This document shows, piece after piece, positions 26,301-33,311 of a DNA stretch of 45,901 bases. The notes below the pieces were generated by a model. That model saw only the letters and a program-made list of their open reading frames with translations, ran no database searches and had not been told where the DNA came from. Made by a program: the position numbers and the translations under genes. Source of the stretch: an uncultured virus (IMG/VR IMGVR_UViG_3300033753_000202) (lineage: Duplodnaviria; Heunggongvirae; Uroviricota; Caudoviricetes); IMG/VR virus record IMGVR_UViG_3300033753_000202. One strand, given 5' to 3'. Numbering within the stretch: the stretch's first letter is position 1; the number at the start of each line of letters is the position of its first letter.

Positions 26301-28891
26301 GAGCGGGTGCTGGTGGTGGTTACTATGGCGGCGGTACTTCATGGGGCAGTTACTACGGTTCTGGAGCCGCTGGTGGCGGTGGTTCTGGCTATATCGGCGG
26401 GGTAACGAATGGTACACTCCTTGCGGGCGACCAAGCGATGCCAAATCCGAGCGGGGGTACCATGACGGGTCGTTCGGGTGATGGTTATGCTCGGATCACA
26501 CCGCTGACGAAGTTTGAAACGTCTGGTCTGGATATCTCGACGACGGGAATGTTCGGTTATACTTGGGCGCAGTTGCTTGGTTCTCAGTGGTCGAGCATTC
26601 TGACGATCACGGACAACAATGGTTTCATTACGGCAACGCTCAATCAGGCAAACCTGAATGCACGGGCGAACACGATTCCGAAGACCATGCCGGATGGTTC
26701 GTCGAACCCATTCCTAATCTGCATGCTTTCGATTGGCGGTTATACATCGCTTGGTGCGATGGAAGGTGCGTCGCTCCGTCAAGGTGCGAGCATTGTGGAT
26801 CAAACTTATCCAGGAACTAACTTGAAGTTTAAGACTATCAAGTTGGCGAGCGGATCGGATGTTCCTACCGCAACGTCTAAAACGCTGAATTTGAAGCCTA
26901 ATGCAGAGTACATTGTGGAGTTCAGTTACTGGACGTCGGGCGGCACCACGAAGTTCAACGTTGACCTTTACCCGGATATGTTGCCAGAGCATCACTTGAC
27001 AGCGTCGTCTACAGTGAAGAAGGCGCAACTTTCCTTCAAGTCCGGTAATGCGAATATGGCAAATGCGGCTTTGCGGTTCTTCAACGACCTGCAACGTCCG
27101 AATCCGACCGATGTGTATATCACGGGTATTCGGATTTATCCGAAGCCGATCTACAATGCGCACGAGCACAACGAATCTTGTAGGCTCATCAAGACGTTGG
27201 ACTGCACAGAGCCGCATCATATCGGTCAGCACTATGATAAGGGTAATACCATCTGTTGGGACGCTTGCGGTATCGATGAAAACCATAAGAAAGACCACGA
27301 GCATGTTCAACTTCCGGGCGGCGGTTCGGTAACACGGAGTAACTTCATTAACCTTGACTACACGTTCACTCTGTACTTCCCGAACCGGGGTAACTTCGCA
27401 GAGCAACCGAATATGCGCGGTATCTCAACCACTATGTATACGCGGGGGTATGGTTATACGAACAACATGGACACCACGCAGTATACCGCCGCGAAGCGGG
27501 TGCGATTCGATTTCCATGTCATCTATAACAATAAGTTGTATCGTTCGGGTACGTGGATTGATCTCCCTGTAAATCAGGAGTATTTCGAGTTCTACCTGCC
27601 GTTGGCGAATAAGGAATCTGTCTCGGCGCAAGTGCAGTTTGAGGCGGTTCCGATTAACGGTCGTCCGATTGGTTCTCCTTTCAATGAGAACTATATCGAC
27701 ACCGCTAACCGCGCACGTTATGCGGGAATCCGCGCTCTGCATGGGGCGTATAAGCAGTCCTATATCGACGTTGTCGGACGTGTTGGTAACTTCGCAGTCA
27801 TGGATACGGAAGACTTCCGCTTCAGCAACTTGTTCAAGGAAGCCAAGAATGATGGTACGTGGCAAGTCGAAGGGTTGGTTCCGACGGTTGACCCAACGAA
27901 GCAAAATCGTTACTATGGTGACTTGATTGACATTCGTGGGGTGGCCTATAACAAAACTAACACTTATCTTGACACTTACGGTAACCAATCGTGGAAGAAT
28001 AAGCCGCCGTTGGCACTTCCGGTCAATGCTCTTGATAACACCATCCCGGCGTTGCAAGGGCAGTATCTCAAGATCGGTTACGATATCTTGGCGGATTTGA
28101 CGACTATCGGGGACTATCAGAATGGTTTGGTACGTGTTCTGCCGTACTACTATAAGCTCGATCTTGATAAAGGTACGATCACTCCGCTTGACGTTTATAC
28201 GAAGGTGGGTGACGAGTATAAGCCGATTAACAAGTATCGGGCGGCGGATAACGGTACTTTGCCGACTGATTTGGCTCCGTACAATGTCAGCATGTCGTGG
28301 GCGGATGAGCGTGAACGTCGCAACTACTCTTTGAGTGAAGCGACGATTACTGAACGGATCACGAACTTCTACGAAGAGATTATCACCGATAGCTCGGGTG
28401 AGAAAGTCATCGGTCGGAAACAGTTACCAGCCCCGGCGGGTAGCTATACCAGCATGGGTAACGCGCAACGGTTGGTGTTGGATAAGAAGATGCGAACGTT
28501 CATCGGTTCCTCTACGACTAACGGAGTCAACCGGAATCCGGGCAACGTTCTCCCGATAACGGACTACGATTTCCAAGCGCAACGTTGGCACCTCAAATTC
28601 GGGGTACCGTCGTCGGCAGTCTTTGTACCGCATGGTATGCAACCGACCTTGGAGAACATCGAATCGGTGAAGGCGGGTAACAGCTTGATCCTGTTGGCGG
28701 CTGATATCGTGGTGTTGGGTGACGTGTACACGCTCCGTTATCAGCAACCGGGTGTTAACTCGTTCACGGCTTCGAAGAATGGGGTAACCCGGACATTCAG
28801 CTTGGTTAACAGCGGTCTTCCACCTGTGATCGCGCTCTATGATACGGACACCAGTTCGATCATCGACATCGCGACTAAGGGAAGTCACTAA
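20300..28891 (+). CDS. Giant secreted protein (2863 aa) with two glycine-rich (ALK/LTK-type Gly_rich) domains, LamG/CBM-like beta-sandwich segments and His/Cys motifs; probable adhesin
   Basis: AAAGGAGG RBS and a signal peptide ending in 'AHA-D'. Two repeats 'F.YTG..Q..TAP..G.Y.LEVWGAQGGG...GG.GGY.KG.I.L..GQ' through 'G.G.ARI'. 'LHIGTW...FTFDNLKI' is LamG-like. Confidence 0.85.
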   Translation: MSPQYSLKTRIFAYLMVFVMFFSSFFQMADIAHADVTTGSTGSISSTGATTGLSGGIKHIDYLTFRVGVVRDEGLRNPQDGVYVEMRKTFSHRFPKNKNGIFMVADAVKGLYSNGNYEIAWYNSGQKKLETANSPEAKARVVFLQTSTWGTPYNTGRDSSLNGWSFTGNANYAELVKSGEWKKKADETTREHALAIWSYILAPTGGNSDMRTYDIKNRADKFISPNASKKYTDMTEEEKEEVFRGFLGLLFAGRALTNPGTPERQEWDSAIEDAMRYGNLEGGGLPVSIVIDTALTVSYTGGKMTIIPSLDYFMFYTSINSRWDLYNTTKLDDSVAGNTHKMLDYIVDKTIEDEGSNQYRISNAYDENNPFSHGSSAIAYPGMYYSTSAKSSGTWKPTSSNVGAMDALIFGTNPNGSGNILGFIAISAKALDKPKEDITLKPDCPEDPSKCPPPKGAKVRLTIPSEYKAPYRVGRSETIGVPTPLELTHDPSAVEMIAAWKEQFVNNQQMVIVKITEARRSSTPKPDGKANLDRGAGNGFGLDSNWFIEWLEGKHVLKTQDIATINDTIEPNKTRRFDYVLALTFYYTDRTGQKQEYTYYTNSDYAEYIRDPDPPKVDPIIYTSSPSAYAEFKDNQPDQEQWDAMSGVPSNKRLYVGVGGSEFIVDIQLEYKEDVDSVWRTYRSYFTGGVPDEFKEGDTAKPFTLGGYTVDPHNGGVYTKTWTGTIPNKAKPKTQTGSGNLTVVVPAEPDMTEYNRAKQEAQAYINEVNAHTQTHTSASDKVTRSKTGWNARITTDNPNPPKDASNSGSCWKPLPKGGSAPCSVTVTTNPSPDGNFTITVTFEVPAHYLCGPNCLHILPGVEDTWKQKVTFDYMKILKVEVYKIQEGRITQVKNLLGDNNDTLKATIRQGDPTIFYNIAEQNANGDDVAAQSSKHGRIRYSLDWNQHDTVVYNEGPRSNKSDGMGDNGNPNSPTKGGHTNKWATGILYNNTKYTTEENYHRSRGGVNTGYSSFADDVDVKTPEWKKFDARRRAKNVATIISDMLILQTSSGDQAVIYFEKDSTPKEAQQQFDPVKATKEEMWDNNPNSAAKWEVNQIYVGSYNGKFMLTGTGANNNKKYWGLDQTTGTVLNNAPTGERPIATKFDSNGAGVNASRTRPARPSKLYIWNSADIIPTTQNGLYTTGDADVFYKRILSWESKNTEQELKISTYRAKAQPDYGNQLGVVVKAPYSDMHSKVNDVVIHTPVAVENAMIISLPDLRDQRVELPPGSAANLIAERAALEVCPLDPELCEFRVLNCRYHLDEELARFDFTNTNGTQLMNLTKGAYINTFRTGTVSIVSGSNGLGSGNAMRITGQRLSFNLADLGVTNLNKDVVSVEMDIKIPSVSSKGRMLVSFDGYTLWIPANQKYLSLSTGKGADITFGDVPHDNTVFKLRVDMSLGSAKDTRVWVNGSERTATLKAEPNPLTNRIGSRLHIGTWGANENYEANFTFDNLKIVKKGGTDHHTEACYIYTQAHDQQYTHTHTTECWGVVNGVTTLICNNYPLNTLSQNNVHVHDANCIHYAYINSIIQKAVEEHNANLTREWTFNYTGNSQVFTAPRSGTYLLEVWGAQGGGSRGGKGGYSKGKINLSAGQKLYVYVGGTTSDKNGGWNGGGSTGGVAYGGGGGTDMRLGGTGLEHRIIVAGGGGGAQAGYGGYGGGMSGGDGEDRYGDPGRGGTQSSGGIGGGQWGSLGKGGNGTTGSDGNYGGAGGGGYYGGGGANSDHSLVDDSGGGGGSGYIGGVTEGQTIAGNQTMPAPSGGTQTGHSGHGFARIILEGGSSGGTEVPATDPVKNFSYTGSVQTYTAPATGKYQLEVWGAQGGGSAAGKGGYAKGEIYLTKGQTIHIYVGGQGSRGTGTNGVLAGGWNGGGDVVSPYADGNNSSGGGATDIRVGGTNLSNRVIVAGGGGGVVTPMTATPHGGGTSGLAGTHNSTVTGTGGTQTGGGTGNYGNGELGKGANGSRAGAGGGYYGGGTSWGSYYGSGAAGGGGSGYIGGVTNGTLLAGDQAMPNPSGGTMTGRSGDGYARITPLTKFETSGLDISTTGMFGYTWAQLLGSQWSSILTITDNNGFITATLNQANLNARANTIPKTMPDGSSNPFLICMLSIGGYTSLGAMEGASLRQGASIVDQTYPGTNLKFKTIKLASGSDVPTATSKTLNLKPNAEYIVEFSYWTSGGTTKFNVDLYPDMLPEHHLTASSTVKKAQLSFKSGNANMANAALRFFNDLQRPNPTDVYITGIRIYPKPIYNAHEHNESCRLIKTLDCTEPHHIGQHYDKGNTICWDACGIDENHKKDHEHVQLPGGGSVTRSNFINLDYTFTLYFPNRGNFAEQPNMRGISTTMYTRGYGYTNNMDTTQYTAAKRVRFDFHVIYNNKLYRSGTWIDLPVNQEYFEFYLPLANKESVSAQVQFEAVPINGRPIGSPFNENYIDTANRARYAGIRALHGAYKQSYIDVVGRVGNFAVMDTEDFRFSNLFKEAKNDGTWQVEGLVPTVDPTKQNRYYGDLIDIRGVAYNKTNTYLDTYGNQSWKNKPPLALPVNALDNTIPALQGQYLKIGYDILADLTTIGDYQNGLVRVLPYYYKLDLDKGTITPLDVYTKVGDEYKPINKYRAADNGTLPTDLAPYNVSMSWADERERRNYSLSEATITERITNFYEEIITDSSGEKVIGRKQLPAPAGSYTSMGNAQRLVLDKKMRTFIGSSTTNGVNRNPGNVLPITDYDFQAQRWHLKFGVPSSAVFVPHGMQPTLENIESVKAGNSLILLAADIVVLGDVYTLRYQQPGVNSFTASKNGVTRTFSLVNSGLPPVIALYDTDTSSIIDIATKGSH
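25043..26500 (+). repeat. Two tandem glycine-rich domain repeats inside the giant ORF (~25043-25745 and ~25790-26500)
   Basis: Diverged protein-level duplication; both units share LEVWGAQGGG, GGWNGGG, GGG.TD.R.GGT.L..R.IVAGGGGG, GGGYYGG, GGGGSGYIGGVT and MP.PSGGT.TG.SG.G.ARI. Confidence 0.9.
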
Positions 28892-28907
28892 TCAATTCTG
28901 TGACTAT

Positions 28908-28939
28908 AGCCCTCTAACTTTGGTTAGAGGGCTTCTTTT
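28908..28939 (+). terminator. Intrinsic terminator
   Basis: AGCCCTCTAAC-tttg-GTTAGAGGGCT then TCTTTT. Confidence 0.8.
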
Positions 28940-29003
28940 CCGTCAATTTTAGACTTCCCTTGATTTTTCGTTATATTGAGCACAGCGAAAGGAGGTTGGG
29001 GGT

Positions 29004-30389
29004 ATGCGAACTTCGAGGAAGGCAAGACAGCGCTTGCAGAAAAAGCGTAAAAAGCAGAACAAAAAGATGGCGTTGACCATTGTCACTTCGCTTTTGGTAA
29101 CTTCGCAGTTAAATTTTCCGGCGTATGCTTACACTGTGGATGATCTTCGGGAACTGCAGGGTAAGGATCGTTTAGATACGAAATATTCGGAGGAAGAGAA
29201 GTCTGAAATCTGGTTGAACTGGTATCGAACTGAGTACAGAAATAATGTGGCAAAAATGATGCAAAATGTTTCTTTGGAGGACTTGGTCGAAGCTCCTAAA
29301 CGGAAACGCGACGCCTTGGGGCGAGAATTACAGGCTCTCCAGAAGGATTTTGCTAATCGCTTTACTTCTGGCGCTTCGGTGCGAGAGGTCTTAGCGGGGT
29401 ATTCTGCGATTCAAACTAAGCGTCATGAGTTGACGCAAGTTAAGGAGGTTGGGGAAGTTCTGCGGCTTGATGTCGTGCCTAATGAGTGGGAGTCTTTGGT
29501 GGAAGACATTCAAGCTATTGAGGAAGAGGTGCAAACCTACCAATCTCTTGGAGATGTCGGTTCGTCTTTGAAGTCTCCGGCGTTCGGTAATTTTCATCTT
29601 ACGTCTATTTATGGGCTTCGCGCTGATCCGTTCAATGGGACTCTTGCCATGCATCGTGGTATCGATCTTGGCGCTCCTGTTGGAACTCCAGTTCTTGCGG
29701 CTTGGAACGGGACGGTAGCGGACACCTATCGTTCTGAGCGAGGGGGTAATGTGATCGTTATTGATCATGGAAATGGGCTTGTAACTAAGTATATGCACTT
29801 GGATGAAATTGAAGTCGAGCCGGGACAAGCTGTAAAGCAGTATGATCGTATTGGTACGGTCGGAGATACGGGTCGGGTTACCGGTGCGCATCTGCACTTT
29901 GAGGTTCATTTGGATGGTGAGAGTGTAGATCCGATCTATTTCTTTGGGAAAATGGGAGCAAATGCGTTGAAGGATTACCTTAGCCGTAATCTTGAGGAGC
30001 GCAACGAGCAGACGGAAGCTTTGGTTTCCGCTATTATGGACAAGCCACTCCATACTACAGATACTGGTGGTTCTTCTGGTTCTTCTGAGCAAATCTATAT
30101 TCGTGATGGCGAAGTGCCGGATGGGGCTGTTGATCTGGAGCTGGAGGAGGGGTATGAAGTTCCTGCACCTAAGATTTCGAAGCGAGACTGGGATTCATTG
30201 TTGGATTCGATGCGCTCGGATCAGCCTACGATTCGGTACGAGGGGGAAAGCACCGCGAATTCCTCGGGGTCTTCTGCACCTATGTCTACTCCAAATTCGA
30301 TGCATTCCAACAATTCTGAATCCTCGGATAGTTCGCTTCCTTCGGCAAGCAGTATGCGTGAGTTTTTGAAAATTGATGGGGGTGAGTAA
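29004..30389 (+). CDS. Secreted M23-family metalloendopeptidase (peptidoglycan hydrolase)
   Basis: Signal peptide (AYA), coiled coil, 'HRGIDLGAP.GTPV.AA' (HxxxD), 'YMHL' and 'GAHLHFEV' (HxH). Confidence 0.92.
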   Translation: MRTSRKARQRLQKKRKKQNKKMALTIVTSLLVTSQLNFPAYAYTVDDLRELQGKDRLDTKYSEEEKSEIWLNWYRTEYRNNVAKMMQNVSLEDLVEAPKRKRDALGRELQALQKDFANRFTSGASVREVLAGYSAIQTKRHELTQVKEVGEVLRLDVVPNEWESLVEDIQAIEEEVQTYQSLGDVGSSLKSPAFGNFHLTSIYGLRADPFNGTLAMHRGIDLGAPVGTPVLAAWNGTVADTYRSERGGNVIVIDHGNGLVTKYMHLDEIEVEPGQAVKQYDRIGTVGDTGRVTGAHLHFEVHLDGESVDPIYFFGKMGANALKDYLSRNLEERNEQTEALVSAIMDKPLHTTDTGGSSGSSEQIYIRDGEVPDGAVDLELEEGYEVPAPKISKRDWDSLLDSMRSDQPTIRYEGESTANSSGSSAPMSTPNSMHSNNSESSDSSLPSASSMREFLKIDGGE

Positions 30390-30390
30390 G

Positions 30391-30966
30391 ATGTCGGAAA
30401 CAGGGGACGTGAAAACCCCACGTCGAGCTTCGTGGTGGTTTTGGACGATGGTACTCGCCCCCCTGCTTTTTCTTACTTTGGGGGTAATGCTGTACTGTCT
30501 TAATGGGAATGCAGAGGAGGGTGAAGTTGTTCTCGATTACGAGGTAGCTCTCCGGTACACCAATGAAGAGGGGGTATACGAGCTTCGCGCTTATCCCGGA
30601 TATGGTACAGCGCTCTATAAGGATGGGGTGGAACAGAAGTTTCTGACTTCGGTGGTTCGTAAATCCAATCCCCTCTTAGTTCTTCCTGAGACGGAGGAGT
30701 CTTTTGATATTACGACCTTGGAAACAGATACACCCTATTCGTGGGAAGCGGATTTGTTGACAAGTGCCAAGTATCTAAACTTTCTTCGAGATCAAGGATA
30801 CACGGTAGTTTCTGAAGCAGTCACATCTCAATTTATTGAATTTTATTTAAGTAAGGATAGAAATCTCGTTCGGGTGCTGGTCTTCAGTACCGTTATTTTT
30901 GCGGGGGAAGTGAAGGAAGGTGTGGTTTTGCCCACCTTGCAGGACTACTTAGAGGAAGTATTTTAA
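30391..30966 (+). CDS. Membrane-anchored hypothetical protein
   Basis: ATG at 30391 right after the M23 stop; single N-terminal TM. Confidence 0.7.
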   Translation: MSETGDVKTPRRASWWFWTMVLAPLLFLTLGVMLYCLNGNAEEGEVVLDYEVALRYTNEEGVYELRAYPGYGTALYKDGVEQKFLTSVVRKSNPLLVLPETEESFDITTLETDTPYSWEADLLTSAKYLNFLRDQGYTVVSEAVTSQFIEFYLSKDRNLVRVLVFSTVIFAGEVKEGVVLPTLQDYLEEVF

Positions 30967-30989
30967 TTCGGGTTTGGAGGGAAAAGTAC

Positions 30990-31907
30990 ATGGCGTTTCT
31001 AAAGAGTGTGAAAGGGATTTTGACGCTATCTTTGGTTCTCAGTTGGTTGGTTATTGGAGGGGCGGGGTATTTTTATTGGGACAAAACCACCAAGACTATT
31101 GAACAAAAGGACTCTGAGATCGCAAGGTTGCAGTCGGATTTGGACAGTATCGGTCAGCTTATTCCGGTGTATGCTTTGTCTTCTGATGTGAAGATGGGGA
31201 AACAGGTTCAGGAAACGGACTTCCATGAAGTTTTGGTTCCGGTTGGTGCGGCGGCGAATATGCTTACTTCTTTCGAGGAGCTGGTGGGTAAATATTATAA
31301 AGTTGACCTTGCCGCTGGTACGATCATTTCTCCGGATATGGTGTATGACGAGCCGCTGACGGATGATCTTCGTTTGGTTGACGTGGTGTTGAATAACATT
31401 CCAGTAGGGTTGAAGCCGGGTTCATATGTAGACGTTCGGATTACCCTTCCAATGGGTGAAGACTTTATAGCCCTTTCTCGCAAACGAGTTCACTCTATCA
31501 ATGCGGGGGTATTGAAGCTTGTTCTCAGCTCGAAGGACATCCACACTTACAACTCTATGCTGATTGACTCTCTTGTTTATCCGGGTACTTCGCTATATGC
31601 AGTTGAGTATTTGGAAGGTGGCGCTCAACGTGCGGCGGACGTATATTACCCTGTTGCTACTAACATTTTGGCTATCGCTCAAGCCGATCCGAACTTGCTT
31701 GAAGCGATTAAAGCAGATATGCTTCAACGTCGTTCGGATATCGACCAATCCCTTAGTGGTATGTCGACGTTCAAAAGTCAGCAAGAGCTGGAGCAAACTC
31801 TCGTTCGTGGAAGACAGCAGTTCGCATCGCTTATTTCGGCGGCGGATCGTGCATTCCAAGCTGAGGAAACCAAGCGGGAGATGGAAGAAGCTCGCGCTAA
31901 TCGTTAA
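30990..31907 (+). CDS. cpaB: SAF-domain CpaB/RcpC-like pilus assembly protein
   Basis: TM plus coiled coil; SAF-like 'VYALSSDVKMGKQVQETDF..LVGKYYKVDLAAGTII'; RcpC-like 'LKPGSYVDVRI'. Confidence 0.7.
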   Translation: MAFLKSVKGILTLSLVLSWLVIGGAGYFYWDKTTKTIEQKDSEIARLQSDLDSIGQLIPVYALSSDVKMGKQVQETDFHEVLVPVGAAANMLTSFEELVGKYYKVDLAAGTIISPDMVYDEPLTDDLRLVDVVLNNIPVGLKPGSYVDVRITLPMGEDFIALSRKRVHSINAGVLKLVLSSKDIHTYNSMLIDSLVYPGTSLYAVEYLEGGAQRAADVYYPVATNILAIAQADPNLLEAIKADMLQRRSDIDQSLSGMSTFKSQQELEQTLVRGRQQFASLISAADRAFQAEETKREMEEARANR

Positions 31908-31925
31908 TAAGTAGGGGGTTTAGGC

Positions 31926-32510
31926 ATGAAGACATTAGCGGTAATTGGTGGGGTAGACAAGCGTCCGGTTGTCTACCCGCTTCTTCAATGTTTGAAATTC
32001 CTTGGGAAGACGCTGGTTGTGACGGACGAACCAGCGTTCCGCCGTTTCGACGATGACTTTTCGTTGGAGTTTGAGAATGACAATATCACCATTCGCGTCG
32101 TTCCGCTTGTAACTCAAGAGGTGGTTACGGAGACGGTTCAATCGCTCAATGAACCCTTCGAGTACCTTGTGGTGGTGTCCAATGATTTTATACCGCAGGG
32201 TTATGAGCGTGTAGTAGCCCTATCAGGGGTAAATCGGGGTTTTGATTTTGTGGATACCACGGTGGGGAATTTCCCGAATAATGAGGAGTTCATGCGGGTC
32301 TTCATTTCTCTGACAAAGGCAAAGAATTTGGAGTATCCGAAAATTACTCCGACTCCGTCGCTTTTGGCGTATATTTACAATTGTGAGGATTATCGAAAGT
32401 TCCTTCCGTTAGAGGATCAGGCAACTGTGGCAGTCGTCACTACACTTTTTGGGAAAGTGTTGGGGTTGGAGTCGAAAACTATAGTCAAGCTTTTGGCTAG
32501 AAAGGAGTAA
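31926..32510 (+). CDS. Hypothetical protein in the Tad-like operon (possible degenerate P-loop fold)
   Basis: Operon position; N-terminal 'LAVIGGVDKRPVVYPLL'. Confidence 0.65.
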   Translation: MKTLAVIGGVDKRPVVYPLLQCLKFLGKTLVVTDEPAFRRFDDDFSLEFENDNITIRVVPLVTQEVVTETVQSLNEPFEYLVVVSNDFIPQGYERVVALSGVNRGFDFVDTTVGNFPNNEEFMRVFISLTKAKNLEYPKITPTPSLLAYIYNCEDYRKFLPLEDQATVAVVTTLFGKVLGLESKTIVKLLARKE

Positions 32511-32513
32511 CGT

Positions 32514-33308
32514 ATGCCAGTCACAATTTCGGTTCTTGCGCCACATACTCGTCGTAATGGAGCGACGGTTACAGCGATGATGTTGTCGATGGCTTTGGCT
32601 GAGACTAAGCGTCGTGTCTTTTTGACGCATACGTCATCGCTTTCAGATTCGTTTCAAACCTATATGGGTTTGAAGCTTCTCGATGATAAGACCAATACTT
32701 CAACTCAGTTGGTCAAGCTTCTTCGGGAGGGTGCTTTGAAGCCAGAGGATGTGGCGGATTATTGTACGAAGTTCGGTGACTACACGGACGTGTTCACCAA
32801 TTTCGATAATCTGTTCACGCCGTATGATATGGGTACGCTCTTGGCGTATATGGCAGATGCGGAGTCGCCTTATGAGTATAAGGTTATTGATGTGGACACT
32901 CCACTTTCGGAGGATAATGCCAGCGCCATTATAGCTAAATCCCATATTGTCGTGCTGAATATTACGCCGGATTTCTTGGAGCTTAAGTTGTTTAAGCAGT
33001 GGTTGAAGGATAATGAACGTACCCTTCGGGGTAAGAGACTTTTGCTCTGTTGTAATCGTTACGACCCTGTTGTGATGAAGAAGCCTAAAATTATCACCAA
33101 CTTCTTGGAGGTAAAAACTCCGCTTCATCTCATTCGTGAGAATTCGTGGGTACGTTGGGGTTGTAACAATGGAAAGCTCCCGTTGGTGTTTATCAACGGC
33201 AAAAACAAAAATGCACTCTCTATTGACGTGTATAAGGGGTATATGGCTCTCTCGAACTCCGTGGTTAAACTTCGAAATCGTATCTTGAAGTCACGCGGGG
33301 GTGTTTAA
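32514..33308 (+). CDS. MinD/ParA-family TadZ/CpaE-like protein with degenerate Walker A
   Basis: 'ISVLAPHTRRNGATVTAMML', 'YEYKVIDVD', 'SHIVVLNITPD' and 'CCNRYD'; lies directly before tadA. Confidence 0.65.
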   Translation: MPVTISVLAPHTRRNGATVTAMMLSMALAETKRRVFLTHTSSLSDSFQTYMGLKLLDDKTNTSTQLVKLLREGALKPEDVADYCTKFGDYTDVFTNFDNLFTPYDMGTLLAYMADAESPYEYKVIDVDTPLSEDNASAIIAKSHIVVLNITPDFLELKLFKQWLKDNERTLRGKRLLLCCNRYDPVVMKKPKIITNFLEVKTPLHLIRENSWVRWGCNNGKLPLVFINGKNKNALSIDVYKGYMALSNSVVKLRNRILKSRGGV

Positions 33309-33311
33309 CCG

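Noticed and set aside
25043..26500. GGC/GGT-rich repeats as a CRISPR array, DGR template/variable pair or satellite
   Set aside because: They are explained by glycine codons in two diverged protein domains; there is no repeat-spacer periodicity, adenine-specific mismatch pattern or reverse transcriptase.
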